A stretch of 64,000 nt of DNA from an uncultured Coriobacteriaceae bacterium (GCA_902803315.1 CADCPM010000085.1:35-64034), one strand, 5' to 3'. Shown: positions 35,252 to 44,780, counted from the stretch's first letter. Numbers and translations are program-made. Notes: generated from the sequence alone by a model not told the origin.

Positions 35252-36265
35252 CTACATCACTTCCGCAAGACGATCGTCCATTCTCATAACGAAGAGAACG
35301 ACGGCTTCGCCGACTTTGCGGATGGCGCCCCTCTTCCACGAATGGCCCTTAATCATACGGGGAATGCGCAGGATTCGCGGCACGTCGTGTACGGAAAGAA
35401 GCGCGTCGATGCGCCTCTTGTCGCGCGCGCACAGCTGGTCGTAGTAGACATCCGCAAAGGACTCGGCGTGTTTGATTGCGCGGATTATGCTGCCTGCCGC
35501 GGCATCGATGTTGAACGTTTGGAATGTCCGGAGATTCGTGTAGTCCTCCGACCCAATGACGTTCGACTCGTGCTGTCGGTAGAGGCTGGTTGGCTCATCC
35601 ACGTGCCCGATGTGGCCAAAGGCCGCCGCAACCATGCTGATCCACCAGTCATGCACGCGAATGGGTTGGTCCTTTGGGGTCTCCAAGGTCTTCTCGCGCA
35701 GCGGCGCGTTGATCATCATGGTGCATCCCGCCGCAACCGGTGCCGATATGAGCTGTGTGAGCTCGGTTCTGTGTGGGTCTATGTAACTCTGCTCCTCGAA
35801 TGAATTGCGCAGGATTTCCAAATCGCCGTCCACGACCACCATGTCTGTGAAGACCATCAGCGGTGTGTTTTCCGTGTACTCCTCTTCCAATTCGCGCATC
35901 TTCTGTAGCGTCAGTTCGATCTTGTTTGGCAACCAAACGTCATCCTGGTCGCAGAACATGCTGTATTGCGCCGTAGAATGCCCAAGCAGGTGCATGAAGT
36001 TCTGACATGCGCCACCAAGGCGACTCGTATGCGGAAGTAGATGTATGCGCTCGTCGTATTGCATATACTGCCGGACGATGCTCAGCGTTGCGTCGGTGGA
36101 ATCGTCGTCGGATACGTATAGATTCCAATCGGCAACCGTCTGCACCATAATGGATTCGATTTGCTCGCGAAGGTATTCTTCGCCTTGGTACGTGGCTAAG
36201 AGTATGTCAATCAACAGTTGCCGCCTCCGATTGCCGAATGTATGTGGTGGCTGGCATTCTAACAT
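35252..36265 (-). CDS. Family 2 glycosyltransferase (rhamnosyltransferase-like).
   Basis: 'IDILLATYQGEEYLREQIESIMVQTVADWNLYVSDDDSTDATLSIV', 'MFCDQDDVW'. Confidence 0.85.
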   Translation of the reverse strand: MLECQPPHTFGNRRRQLLIDILLATYQGEEYLREQIESIMVQTVADWNLYVSDDDSTDATLSIVRQYMQYDERIHLLPHTSRLGGACQNFMHLLGHSTAQYSMFCDQDDVWLPNKIELTLQKMRELEEEYTENTPLMVFTDMVVVDGDLEILRNSFEEQSYIDPHRTELTQLISAPVAAGCTMMINAPLREKTLETPKDQPIRVHDWWISMVAAAFGHIGHVDEPTSLYRQHESNVIGSEDYTNLRTFQTFNIDAAAGSIIRAIKHAESFADVYYDQLCARDKRRIDALLSVHDVPRILRIPRMIKGHSWKRGAIRKVGEAVVLFVMRMDDRLAEVM

Positions 36266-36320
36266 ATAATGAATTGTCTCCCGGTAGGGCTCATGGCGCT
36301 ATCTCGAGGCGATGGGCTGC

Positions 36321-36438
36321 GCGCTTGCTCACGCCACGGGCCCGCTTCGGCCAGCATGCAGCTCCGCGCTCGCTCCGCTCGCTCACTTCGTGAGTCGCTG
36401 CATGCGGGCCGAAGCATGCCCGTGGCGTGAGCAAGCGC
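36321..36438 (-). repeat. Family-1 hairpin element (core on the minus strand).
   Basis: The plus strand reads GCTCCGCGCTCGCTCCGCTCGCTCACTTCGTGAGTCGC. The arms GCGCTTGCTCACGCCACGGGC...GCATGCAGC and GCTGCATGC...GCCCGTGGCGTGAGCAAGCGC include a perfect 21-bp outer stem. Confidence 0.9.
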
Positions 36439-36508
36439 CCCGTGCCGCCTCGCAGGCTCGGGGGTGTGAGCGGCAACGGTGTGCGAGCGTTGGAGGTGCA
36501 AGGCAGTT

Positions 36509-37354
36509 ATGGACAACGAGTACCAGCCAGAAGTTCTGGAGCGCGTGCAGCGCATAGAGACGGATATGCTTGCCGAAATCGATAGGATATGTCGCAAGCA
36601 TGGGCTTACCTATTGGATTGACGGCGGTACCTGTTTGGGCGCGGTGCGCCATAAGGGGTTTATCCCGTGGGACGATGACATAGACGTGGGTATGCCCATT
36701 GACGACTTCAAAGAGTTCATGAGGCTCGCCGAAGACGAGTTGCCACAAGGCGTGTCGTTGCATCAAATGGCGTCGGACCCCACGCAATACGTTTTGTGGG
36801 GAAAGCTCTACCGTGACGACACCGTGTTCATCGAAAGCGACGCTCGCGAGGCGGGTTGCGACGAATGCGTGTTCATTGACGTTTTCCCCTACATTCGACT
36901 GGATGAGAAAAATGGCGACCACGGAGTGCGCCATCTCCGGCGCACTCAGTTTTGGACGAAGCTCATCTACATCTATCGCATAAAGAGCCCAAACGTCCTC
37001 AAAGGCCTTTCATGGGAGCCGGTGGCTCGCGTTGGCTGGAAGGCAATTCATCACGTTCTTCGAGTGGTTACCAATCAAGACCGCCTGCGCAAGCGCTTTG
37101 AACGTGCGTGCGTTGCAAAGCGTCCCAGCGAGTGGTGGGGAAACCCCTCGGCGGCACGTCCCTATCCCTTCCATCACGATACCCTTATGGAGCCGGTTGA
37201 GTTGCCCTTTGGGAGCCTGATCGTGTACGCGCCGCGCGATTGGGACAAATTCTGTTCGGATTTGTACGGCGACTACATGGAGCTTCCGCCTGAGGAAAAG
37301 CGGAAGACGCATTCGCCGTTGATCTTGGACTTGGGAGAGGCGGTGTATGGCTAA
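36509..37354 (+). CDS. LicD-family phosphotransferase (phosphocholine or polyol-phosphate transferase).
   Basis: 'LERVQRIETDMLAEIDRICRKHGLTYWIDGGTCLGAVRHKGFIPWDDDIDVGMP'. The ATG at 36509 lies within ORF 36479..37354. Confidence 0.85.
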   Translation: MDNEYQPEVLERVQRIETDMLAEIDRICRKHGLTYWIDGGTCLGAVRHKGFIPWDDDIDVGMPIDDFKEFMRLAEDELPQGVSLHQMASDPTQYVLWGKLYRDDTVFIESDAREAGCDECVFIDVFPYIRLDEKNGDHGVRHLRRTQFWTKLIYIYRIKSPNVLKGLSWEPVARVGWKAIHHVLRVVTNQDRLRKRFERACVAKRPSEWWGNPSAARPYPFHHDTLMEPVELPFGSLIVYAPRDWDKFCSDLYGDYMELPPEEKRKTHSPLILDLGEAVYG

Positions 37355-38376
37355 CCGCGCTTGGTGTGGTCTACGTAGAGTCGCGCGGCATCCATTGCGG
37401 TGTGTACGAGCCTAAAATTCCTGTTTAGCACCAGCTCGCAGAACGCGCGTCGTGGCAAGCTCGTAACGCGAGGAATGTAGTGTGCATAGGGCTCGAAGAA
37501 GTCTGCCACCCACTCATAGATGGGAAGTGCCTCGCGGTAGGGGAGCTTACCCAAAAGAAGCATCGTCTCGAGGGGGTTCATTAGGTAGCGTGCCATGCGA
37601 TTTGCGCAGAACGAGGGCAGCTGGCTGTTAACGCCCCATTCTTGCATCGTCTGCTCCTCGAGCCTTGTTGCCGACTCATAGCCAAGCTTAAAATCATCGG
37701 TAAGGGCGAACGACGAGCTGTGTCCCAGACGCCTGATCCACAGATAGTACGTTTTTGGATTCAGCGCAATGCCTCTGGCATTTCTGAGGAAGTTGAGCGT
37801 GAAGAGCGTATCTTCATGCCCATGGCGAAGCCGCTCGTCAAAGCGTATGTGTGCCTCTTCCAACACGTCGCGACGGTAGACGCACGCCCATACCGCATCG
37901 CTCCCGCTGCGGGCAACATCGTAGTGCCGTTTGATCTCCTCTTCGCGAAGGACGATCTTCTCGCGTGGACATATCTCGCTCATACGTGGCTTGCCGCTGG
38001 AATTATAAAAAAGCGCGAGTCGCCTTCCGTAGTACACGCAGTCGGCGCCGCTTTCTTGCAGGATGTCAATATTGTCGGACAGAAGGCCGGGGAAGTAGCG
38101 GTCGTCGTTGTCGCAAAAGGCAACATAGGTGGAGTCAATTCGATCGAGGGCGTAGTTGCGTGCCTCGCACATGCCGCCGTTTGGCTTATGCAGTACACGT
38201 ACCTGAGGGTTGTTTAGGGCATATTCGTCACAAATCCTGCCAGAGCCATCCGTTGATCCGTCGTCGACCAGAACGAGCTCGAAGTCGCGGTAGTCCTGAT
38301 TCAAAATGCTCTGAATGGCGTAGGGGAGGTAGTCTTGGGAGTTGTATACCGCCATTATTACGCTGACTGTTGCCAT
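37351..38376 (-). CDS. Family 2 glycosyltransferase.
   Basis: 'VSVIMAVYNSQDYLPYAIQSILNQDYRDFELVLVDDGSTDGS', 'FCDNDDRY'. Confidence 0.85.
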   Translation of the reverse strand: MATVSVIMAVYNSQDYLPYAIQSILNQDYRDFELVLVDDGSTDGSGRICDEYALNNPQVRVLHKPNGGMCEARNYALDRIDSTYVAFCDNDDRYFPGLLSDNIDILQESGADCVYYGRRLALFYNSSGKPRMSEICPREKIVLREEEIKRHYDVARSGSDAVWACVYRRDVLEEAHIRFDERLRHGHEDTLFTLNFLRNARGIALNPKTYYLWIRRLGHSSSFALTDDFKLGYESATRLEEQTMQEWGVNSQLPSFCANRMARYLMNPLETMLLLGKLPYREALPIYEWVADFFEPYAHYIPRVTSLPRRAFCELVLNRNFRLVHTAMDAARLYVDHTKRG

Positions 38377-38386
38377 TGCTCGCTAC

Positions 38387-39451
38387 CTACCACTTTACGT
38401 CAAAATGCGCCGTTGTGGTTACGAAGCGGTACGCCGCCAAGAAGGGAGCCAGCAGCCCCGCCTCGTACATGCGCTTAGAGACGAGCAGGCGCTTGAACGA
38501 GGTGCCGTTGAGCCTGGCGTAGCTGCTAGTAATGTAGGGCGAATTGCGCCAGGTGGGAAAGTTCTTGTCCAAATAGCTCGTGCAGCGTGCAACTGCCTGC
38601 TTGAGGTCGCAGTCCTTGTTGTAGGACAGTCGGTAGTTGAGCGAGATGCCCAAGTGCAAAAAGGCGGTTGCGTCGAGCGCCATCATGAGGTTGCGAGGCG
38701 CCTTGTCGCGCTCGTACCACTGCCTGACTTCCAAAAAGGCGCGATAGATTGCCTCCACCTGCTCCTCGCTGATGGAGTTGATTATGGAGCCGTCACGCAC
38801 CATGTAGTTTACGAGCGACGCAGGGACGAAAGCCACGCGGCCACGCCCTTCCAAGTATGCCAGCAGTTGGAACATGAGGTCGTCGAGTACGGGGGGAGGC
38901 TCGGTGAGGTCGTGCATGCTCTTGAGGATGGAGGCGCGGAACACCTTATTCCATGGTGCCCCGTTGAGCTCCACAATCCTTCCTGGGTCGTCTGCGATGC
39001 AAAACGGTTGACGCGGATCGCAGAGTTCGCGTGAGAGAACCTTGCCGGTGTCGAGGTCTATGCGGCTAAAGCCGCATACGGCAATATCTGCGTCCGCTTC
39101 CTTTGCGGCGGTATAAAGCCTCTCGGCAAAGTCTGGCTCCGCGTAGTCATCGCTGTCCAAAAAGCCAATGTATTCGCCGCGAGCCTTGCCAATCCCGTCC
39201 CATCTGCCGCGCCAGACTCCCTCGTTTTGCTTGTCGATGACAACGATCTTGTTTGGATAGATCTCCTGCCACTCACGGAGAATGTCGATGCAATGGTCGG
39301 GAGAGCCGTCGTTTATGCAAACGACCTCGATGTCCTGCAGCGTTTGGCCAACGAGCGACGCAAGGCATTTGGGAAGGTACTTCTCGACCTTGTAACAGGG
39401 AACGATGACGCTTAGCTTGGGGCTCTGCTCCTCGAGCGCTGCCTTACTCAT
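38387..39451 (-). CDS. Family 2 glycosyltransferase.
   Basis: 'LSVIVPCYKVEKYLPKCLASLVGQTLQDIEVVCINDGSPD', 'FLDSDDYA'. Confidence 0.85.
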   Translation of the reverse strand: MSKAALEEQSPKLSVIVPCYKVEKYLPKCLASLVGQTLQDIEVVCINDGSPDHCIDILREWQEIYPNKIVVIDKQNEGVWRGRWDGIGKARGEYIGFLDSDDYAEPDFAERLYTAAKEADADIAVCGFSRIDLDTGKVLSRELCDPRQPFCIADDPGRIVELNGAPWNKVFRASILKSMHDLTEPPPVLDDLMFQLLAYLEGRGRVAFVPASLVNYMVRDGSIINSISEEQVEAIYRAFLEVRQWYERDKAPRNLMMALDATAFLHLGISLNYRLSYNKDCDLKQAVARCTSYLDKNFPTWRNSPYITSSYARLNGTSFKRLLVSKRMYEAGLLAPFLAAYRFVTTTAHFDVKW

Positions 39452-39785
39452 GTGGTTCCTCCTTTGCCTGCAATGCCTGCTCCTCTATAAGCTCATTGAG
39501 CCGTGCGTTGAGCTTGGATATCTTGAGCGTGTTTGTGAACTCGCGCAAGACCAGGATGGTTATGACGGCGAGGAACACGAAGTTGCTCGTTGCTTGGAAG
39601 CCAAAAAGATGCGCGAGGAAGGTGGGGATGTTGGGGAAGATCGCAACCACCAGCAGCGAGAGCGAAAACACGATCCACACGATGACGTCGTCGATGCGCG
39701 CGCTTGCCTTCTTTATGCGTCGCACGATGATCCAAAAGGTGAGCGCAGCGCCGATTACACACAGCACACGTAGGGTCAAAGACAT
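39444..39785 (-). CDS. Small DUF2304-like membrane protein, the usual partner of the upstream GT2.
   Basis: 113 aa with 3-4 TM segments and a C-terminal amphipathic helix 'KISKLNARLNELIEEQALQ'. It sits directly after a ~226-aa GT2, the pairing I recall for DUF2304. Confidence 0.55.
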   Translation of the reverse strand: MSLTLRVLCVIGAALTFWIIVRRIKKASARIDDVIVWIVFSLSLLVVAIFPNIPTFLAHLFGFQATSNFVFLAVITILVLREFTNTLKISKLNARLNELIEEQALQAKEEPHE

Positions 39786-39793
39786 GTTGGCTC

Positions 39794-40474
39794 CTATCTA
39801 AACCACTGGAAAAAGAGGATGGAGAAGCAGATTCTGCTCATATATGCGGCAACATGCGCGAAATCAAAGTAACTTTGGCCACCCTGACGCTCCTGCATGT
39901 GCGCGGGAATCTCGTATACTTTGGCTCCCTTTCGTGCCAAAAGGGCAACGGTGTCGGGCTCGGGCGTAAGGTCGTGACCGCGAGCGAACTGCTTGATAAC
40001 CGTGCGGTCGTACATGCGCATGCCCGACGTGGGATCGGTAATGCGCATGCCCGACGTCAGGCGAATGAGGGCCGATATGAGCTTTGAGCCAGCGCCGCGT
40101 GCGCCAGTCGGTCCTTCGTTCGCAAGTGCTCGAGAGGCGATTACGATGGAGGCGTCCTCGCGTTCCATGGCCTCAGCCATTTGCGGGATGTATTGCGGCA
40201 GGTGCTGGCCGTCTGCGTCAAACTGCACGGCCGCATCGTATCCGTGCCGATCCGCATATTTCATACCTGTTTGGAACCCGACGGCGAGGCCGGAGTTAAC
40301 GGGAAGGTTTACATGCGAGAATTTGTTTTGCTCGCAAATGGTGCGCGTGGCATCGGTCGAGCCGTCGTTAACAACGAGATAGTCAACCTCGGGGCACGCC
40401 CGCTTAAGGTCGAGGACGGTGTCCTGAATGCAGTCCTCTTCGTTGTATGCAGGTATGATAGCAAGAATTCTCAT
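39794..40474 (-). CDS. Family 2 glycosyltransferase, short soluble form (polyprenyl-phosphate glycosyltransferase-like).
   Basis: 'MRILAIIPAYNEEDCIQDTVLDLKRACPEVDYLVVNDGSTDAT', 'QFDADGQH'. Confidence 0.85.
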   Translation of the reverse strand: MRILAIIPAYNEEDCIQDTVLDLKRACPEVDYLVVNDGSTDATRTICEQNKFSHVNLPVNSGLAVGFQTGMKYADRHGYDAAVQFDADGQHLPQYIPQMAEAMEREDASIVIASRALANEGPTGARGAGSKLISALIRLTSGMRITDPTSGMRMYDRTVIKQFARGHDLTPEPDTVALLARKGAKVYEIPAHMQERQGGQSYFDFAHVAAYMSRICFSILFFQWFR

Positions 40475-40508
40475 GCAGGTTCCTCGCTCCGTTGCTTACG
40501 CACTCAAC

Positions 40509-40514
40509 TATAAT
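40509..40514 (+). promoter_or_regulatory. Candidate -10 element for rfbC in the divergent intergenic region.
   Basis: A perfect TATAAT lies 40 nt upstream of the rfbC ATG. No convincing -35 is found at 17-nt spacing. Confidence 0.3.
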
Positions 40515-40553
40515 CGAAATGACGAAGAAGGACATGATGAGGAAGGCTTTTGC

Positions 40554-41144
40554 ATGTCATCCATAACCTCTGGCAACTTTACCTTTACTACGACGTCAAT
40601 CGAAGGCGTAATTGTGGTGGACACTAAAACGTTTGGTGACAAGCGCGGCTACTTTATGGAAACGTATAAAAAGACGGATTTTGTTGCTGGTGGCATTACA
40701 TGCGATTTTGTGCAGGACAACCAATCGTCGTCCACCAGAGGCGTGTTGCGCGGCATGCATTTTCAAAAGGAGCACCCACAGGCAAAGCTCGTGCGCGTGG
40801 TGCGTGGGGCGGTGTTTGACGTGTGCGTGGACCTGCGCGAGGGTAGCCCTACGCGCGGACGGTGGGAGGGTGTGGTGCTGAGCGAGCACAATCGCCGGCA
40901 GTTCTTCATCCCACGCGGTTTCGCACATGGTTTCTTGGTCCTCTCGGACGAGGCGGAGTTCATTTACAAGTGCGACGACATCTATCACCCAAACGACGAG
41001 GGTGGCATTATGTGGAACGATCCAACCATTGGCATCAAATGGCCGCCTTTGGAGGGCGACAGCATCTTTGATCAGGCGAAACTTGTGCTTTCGGAAAAGG
41101 ACAAGGTGCACCCGTTGCTTAAGACGCTGGGGTGGAAGAAGTGA
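40554..41144 (+). CDS. rfbC: dTDP-4-dehydrorhamnose 3,5-epimerase.
   Basis: 'IEGVIVVDTKTFGDKRGYFMETY', 'VQDNQSSSTRGVLRGMHFQ', 'QAKLVRVVRGAVFDVCVDLR', 'FIPRGFAHGF'. The ATG at 40554 follows GAGGAAGG. Confidence 0.95.
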   Translation: MSSITSGNFTFTTTSIEGVIVVDTKTFGDKRGYFMETYKKTDFVAGGITCDFVQDNQSSSTRGVLRGMHFQKEHPQAKLVRVVRGAVFDVCVDLREGSPTRGRWEGVVLSEHNRRQFFIPRGFAHGFLVLSDEAEFIYKCDDIYHPNDEGGIMWNDPTIGIKWPPLEGDSIFDQAKLVLSEKDKVHPLLKTLGWKK

Positions 41145-43573
41145 GTGCAAAACGGCGTGAGCCATTTGCGAGGGCTTGCGCCCTGTGCAGGGGAGAAGGC
41201 CTTGGTTACGTGGCGCTTCGAGGGTCGCGCGAGGCGTCTGAGGTAAAGGCAACTGCGACTACCAAAGCGGGAGCAAGCATACCCTGCACGCTGTATGGCG
41301 TTATGGCGGAGTGGCAGCGCGATGTTCTTGCGCCAGGAGCGAGTTTCGTGTGGGTTGTGGTTGTGCCTCTGCTCACCTGCGATTGCGTTGTGCTCGTGGA
41401 GGCCGCGGGCGAGACTCCCTGCGAGGTGACGTTTCCCGCGTTGCGCTCGAAGCTTATGTCCAGGCTTCTTGCTACTACCAAGCCCGAGGCCGCTGCCATA
41501 CTGCGTGGCTTTGAACGCCGTGAGGGCTATGGCCGGACTAAGGTGCGCATCCTTGAGGCGTGGCCTGGCAATGACGATACGGCGGTGTGGCGAATTCGTG
41601 CGATCTTGCCTTGGCAGGGTGTGGATGCGGCTGTGGGAATGCGCGTATACGATGGTGCGGGAAATCCCATACGCGCATCGATTGTGGCAATGGAAGACCA
41701 AGTCGTCCCAAGCAAGCGTGATGGGAGTTGGCATGAGCGGTTGGTGAGCTTCTCGTGCACAATTCCAAAAAGTGCGCAGTCGTTTTTCGCTGTTGTGCAT
41801 AGCGAGGCCGATGGAAGCTGCGGGTTCGATGCCATCAATGCGCCGCGGGCCGCAGCGATGCTGGACGGAACGAGCTCGTTGGTTAGTGGTAGCGCGAACG
41901 ATCGGGTGTACGAGTGCTGGTTCGCCTCACATAGGGTCACTGCCTCCGAGTTGACGCGTCAACGGCAGGCGTTTCACGATGCCGAGGAGCCTGGGCCGCT
42001 TTTAAGTCTTGTCGTGTGTGTGGGGTTGACCAACGCGAGTGCCCTAGCACTAACGGTGGCGTCGGTTTGTGCGCAGTCGTATGGTGCGTGGGAGCTCGTG
42101 GTTGTGTACAAGACGAGCATGAAGAGGCAACTGCAGGAGGCAATCGCTTCCTTTGCGGAGGAACGTGTGCGTCTTGTGGCCGCAGACGACGAGGGCAACA
42201 TGGCGCACGCTGGGGTCGAGGCCGCCACTGGGTCGTATGTGGGGCTCGTGAGAAGTGGCGATACGCTTGAACCCGACGCGCTTTGGCAGTTTGCGCAGAC
42301 GATTGCGGAGCATCCACAGGCCGACCTTCTGTATTGTGATGAGGACAAACTCGCTGGAACACGTGTGACGAGCCCGTCGTTCAAGACCTTTCCCAACTAT
42401 GGCAAGCTCTATGAGTACAACTATCTTGGACACCTCATGCTGGTGAGCGCCCATGCGTTGTGTGCCGTGGCACCCGCGATCGTGGGGGCGGGTATGGCCT
42501 ATGACTACGACCTGGCCTTGCGTGTTTTTGAGGTTGCACGCGAGGTGGTTCAGGTGCCGCACGTGCTGTATCACCAGGCAACGAGTCGTTGTTGGAGCGC
42601 GGAAGAGCACGAGGAGGGAAGGCGCGCCCTTGCTGCTCACCTTAAGCGACGTGGTATTGCTGTGCAGGTTGCGGATGGTGCGCAATTGGGCTGCTATAGG
42701 GTGTGTTACGAATTGCCTGAGCCCACGCCCAAGGTAAGCGTCGTTATACCTACACGCGACCATGCGGACTTGCTTGCCACATGCGTGCGTTCCGTACTGG
42801 AAAAGACGACGTACACGAACTACGAAGTGATCCTGGTTGAGAACAACAGCGTGGAGAGCCAGACGTTTGCGCTCTACGAGAGGTTGCAGAACGAAGATGG
42901 ACGTGTGCGCGTGGTGACATGGGAACCACCAGAACCTGGGACCTTTAATTATTCTGCCATCGTGAACTATGGCGTGGCGCACTCAACCGGCGAGATTGTG
43001 GTGCTGCTCAACAACGACACCGAGGTCATCGAGTCGCGCTGGCTGGACGAGATGCTTGGTTGCCTTATGAGGCCTGAGGTGGGAGTAGTGGGTGCCAAGC
43101 TCCTGTTTGGCGATGGGCTTATCCAGCACGTGGGCATGGCGGGCAATCCCGATGGCGGATTTTGTCATGTGTGCCAAAACCTCACGAGCGCGGAGGCGGG
43201 ACCGTCTGGCGCAGCGACGATGCCGGGTGACTATAGCATGGTTACCGGCGCGTGCCAGATGATGCGTAAGTCGATGTTTGAGAAGTTGGGTGGCTACGAC
43301 GAAGAGTTGGCCGTAGGATTTAACGATGGCGATTTTTGTCTGAGGGCCCGTGAGGCTGGCTTTGCAGTAACGGTGTGTGCACACGCCCTGCTGCACCACC
43401 GCGAGTTTTCCTCGCGTGGCCGCGAGAGCACGGATGTTAGGCTGCAAGAGCGCTTTGTGAGGGAGCGTGCGCGCGTAATGCTGCGCCATGCGGCCTTTTT
43501 CGCACAAGGCGATCCGGCGCGCAACCCCAACCTCGATCCCTTTGGTGGCTACTTTACGTTGCGCCCAGAATAG
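41141..43573 (+). CDS. Double-domain family 2 glycosyltransferase, paralogue of 11532..13985.
   Basis: GTG 41141 overlaps the rfbC TGA (an alternative GTG is at 41132). First GT2 module: 'LLSLVVCVGLTNASALALTVASVCAQSYGAWELVVV', 'LLYCDEDKL'. Second GT2 module: 'VSVVIPTRDHADLLATCVRSVLEKTTYTNYEVILVENNS', 'LLNNDTEV'. Confidence 0.85.
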   Translation: MSAKRREPFARACALCRGEGLGYVALRGSREASEVKATATTKAGASIPCTLYGVMAEWQRDVLAPGASFVWVVVVPLLTCDCVVLVEAAGETPCEVTFPALRSKLMSRLLATTKPEAAAILRGFERREGYGRTKVRILEAWPGNDDTAVWRIRAILPWQGVDAAVGMRVYDGAGNPIRASIVAMEDQVVPSKRDGSWHERLVSFSCTIPKSAQSFFAVVHSEADGSCGFDAINAPRAAAMLDGTSSLVSGSANDRVYECWFASHRVTASELTRQRQAFHDAEEPGPLLSLVVCVGLTNASALALTVASVCAQSYGAWELVVVYKTSMKRQLQEAIASFAEERVRLVAADDEGNMAHAGVEAATGSYVGLVRSGDTLEPDALWQFAQTIAEHPQADLLYCDEDKLAGTRVTSPSFKTFPNYGKLYEYNYLGHLMLVSAHALCAVAPAIVGAGMAYDYDLALRVFEVAREVVQVPHVLYHQATSRCWSAEEHEEGRRALAAHLKRRGIAVQVADGAQLGCYRVCYELPEPTPKVSVVIPTRDHADLLATCVRSVLEKTTYTNYEVILVENNSVESQTFALYERLQNEDGRVRVVTWEPPEPGTFNYSAIVNYGVAHSTGEIVVLLNNDTEVIESRWLDEMLGCLMRPEVGVVGAKLLFGDGLIQHVGMAGNPDGGFCHVCQNLTSAEAGPSGAATMPGDYSMVTGACQMMRKSMFEKLGGYDEELAVGFNDGDFCLRAREAGFAVTVCAHALLHHREFSSRGRESTDVRLQERFVRERARVMLRHAAFFAQGDPARNPNLDPFGGYFTLRPE

Positions 43574-43577
43574 GGAA

Positions 43578-43608
43578 CCCTAACTTGGGGACAGTCCCCA
43601 AGTTAGGG
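43578..43608. repeat. Family-2 perfect palindrome (putative bidirectional terminator).
   Basis: CCCTAACTTGGGGAC-A-GTCCCCAAGTTAGGG lies 5 nt after the stop of 41141..43573. It sits between convergent genes; the minus-strand gene ends at 43623. Confidence 0.85.
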
Positions 43609-43622
43609 CGAATGCGGGCGTT

Positions 43623-44780
43623 TTACTCGGTGGTACGGGGATGGACTTTTCGATAGAGCGTGCGAACCTTGCATTTTGCGTCTTCGTTGTTTCCGGTGGC
43701 GCGCTCCACAATGGGGGTGAGGAGCTTTTGGTACACGAACTCCTTGACCATCAGCCCTAGTGGACGATGCTCGTATCGCTGCAGCTCGGCATCAACAGAC
43801 ACCAAAAACTCTTGTGTGGCTTTGAGGTCGCGGTCTATGCGTTCAAGCTCGGCATTGAGGGATGTGTGCAGCATGCGGTGTACGATGACTTCGTAGAAGT
43901 CGGATTCGCGTGCGTATTGCCAGAAGAACAGGGCGAAGTCGCAGTCTGGATCCATCCATGGCTTGGTGGGGCCAGCATAGTGAACGACAAAGGGGTCCTT
44001 GCGGGCGTTCATGTAGTCTTTACGCAGCTCGGGCGTGGATTTGGAGATGATGTGGCTTATGCGGATGCCATCGAAGTCGAACATTACGTTCCAAGCCATG
44101 TCTAAAAAGAGGACGCGCCCTTGGCAGAAGTAGTTAAGAACATCTTGGTCGAGCAGCTGCCATTCGCGTGATTGCGCAAACTGGAACACCTCATTCACGT
44201 CTATGGACGCTCTCCACGCATCAAGATTGAAGAGTAGGGTGCCAGCCTGGAAATACTCATAGGGATTCTTGATTCCAAGCTCCTCGTCCATATAGTGCTT
44301 CTTGTTGGGTTGGGCAAGATCCAAGTCGACGCCGTTATAGATACCGGCGGTGTCCGCGTCTTTGCAGGCGCCTATTAGGCAGTCGCCGAGGTCAGTATCA
44401 AAAAGCGCGGCGACATCATGTAGACATACCATATCGGCATCCAGATACAGCACTTTGTGATGGTGAGGAAGAAGCTGCGGCAATAGAAGGCGGAAGTACG
44501 TTTCGATCTTAAAATGACCGTGCACTTTGAGCTGTGCGCGGAAGGGTTCCATGGCCTCGGCGACATCGAGCACACGTAGCGATATGTTTTCGCGCTCTAC
44601 CTGTGAACGCAGGATGTCTTCGTGCCGGCTTGTTATGTCTTCAGAGAGAACTATGAGTTCATACGTTCGATGCGGATCGCTGTTGTTTACGAGCGAAATG
44701 AGGAGCGTTGAAAGATAGGGAACGTAATAGTCATTTGCGGCAAATACAACCGTTACGGGAGAGAGCTGCGTGGCGGACAT
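43623..44780 (-). CDS. Family 8 glycosyltransferase.
   Basis: 'VTVVFAANDYYVPYLSTLLISLVNNS', 'VLYLDADMVCLHDVAALF', 'YFQAGTLLFNLDAWR'. The ATG at 44780 follows AAGGAG. The longer ORF to 45041 runs through a repeat element. Confidence 0.8.
   Translation of the reverse strand: MSATQLSPVTVVFAANDYYVPYLSTLLISLVNNSDPHRTYELIVLSEDITSRHEDILRSQVERENISLRVLDVAEAMEPFRAQLKVHGHFKIETYFRLLLPQLLPHHHKVLYLDADMVCLHDVAALFDTDLGDCLIGACKDADTAGIYNGVDLDLAQPNKKHYMDEELGIKNPYEYFQAGTLLFNLDAWRASIDVNEVFQFAQSREWQLLDQDVLNYFCQGRVLFLDMAWNVMFDFDGIRISHIISKSTPELRKDYMNARKDPFVVHYAGPTKPWMDPDCDFALFFWQYARESDFYEVIVHRMLHTSLNAELERIDRDLKATQEFLVSVDAELQRYEHRPLGLMVKEFVYQKLLTPIVERATGNNEDAKCKVRTLYRKVHPRTTE

Noticed and set aside
36291-36597. Short ORFs (36312..36557 plus strand, 36259..36597 and 36291..36476 minus strand) in the divergent region.
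   Set aside because: They are generated by reading through the family-1 palindrome 36321-36438, and similar repeat-derived peptides (for example ..SLAHFVSR..) appear at several other copies. There is no RBS or coding signal.
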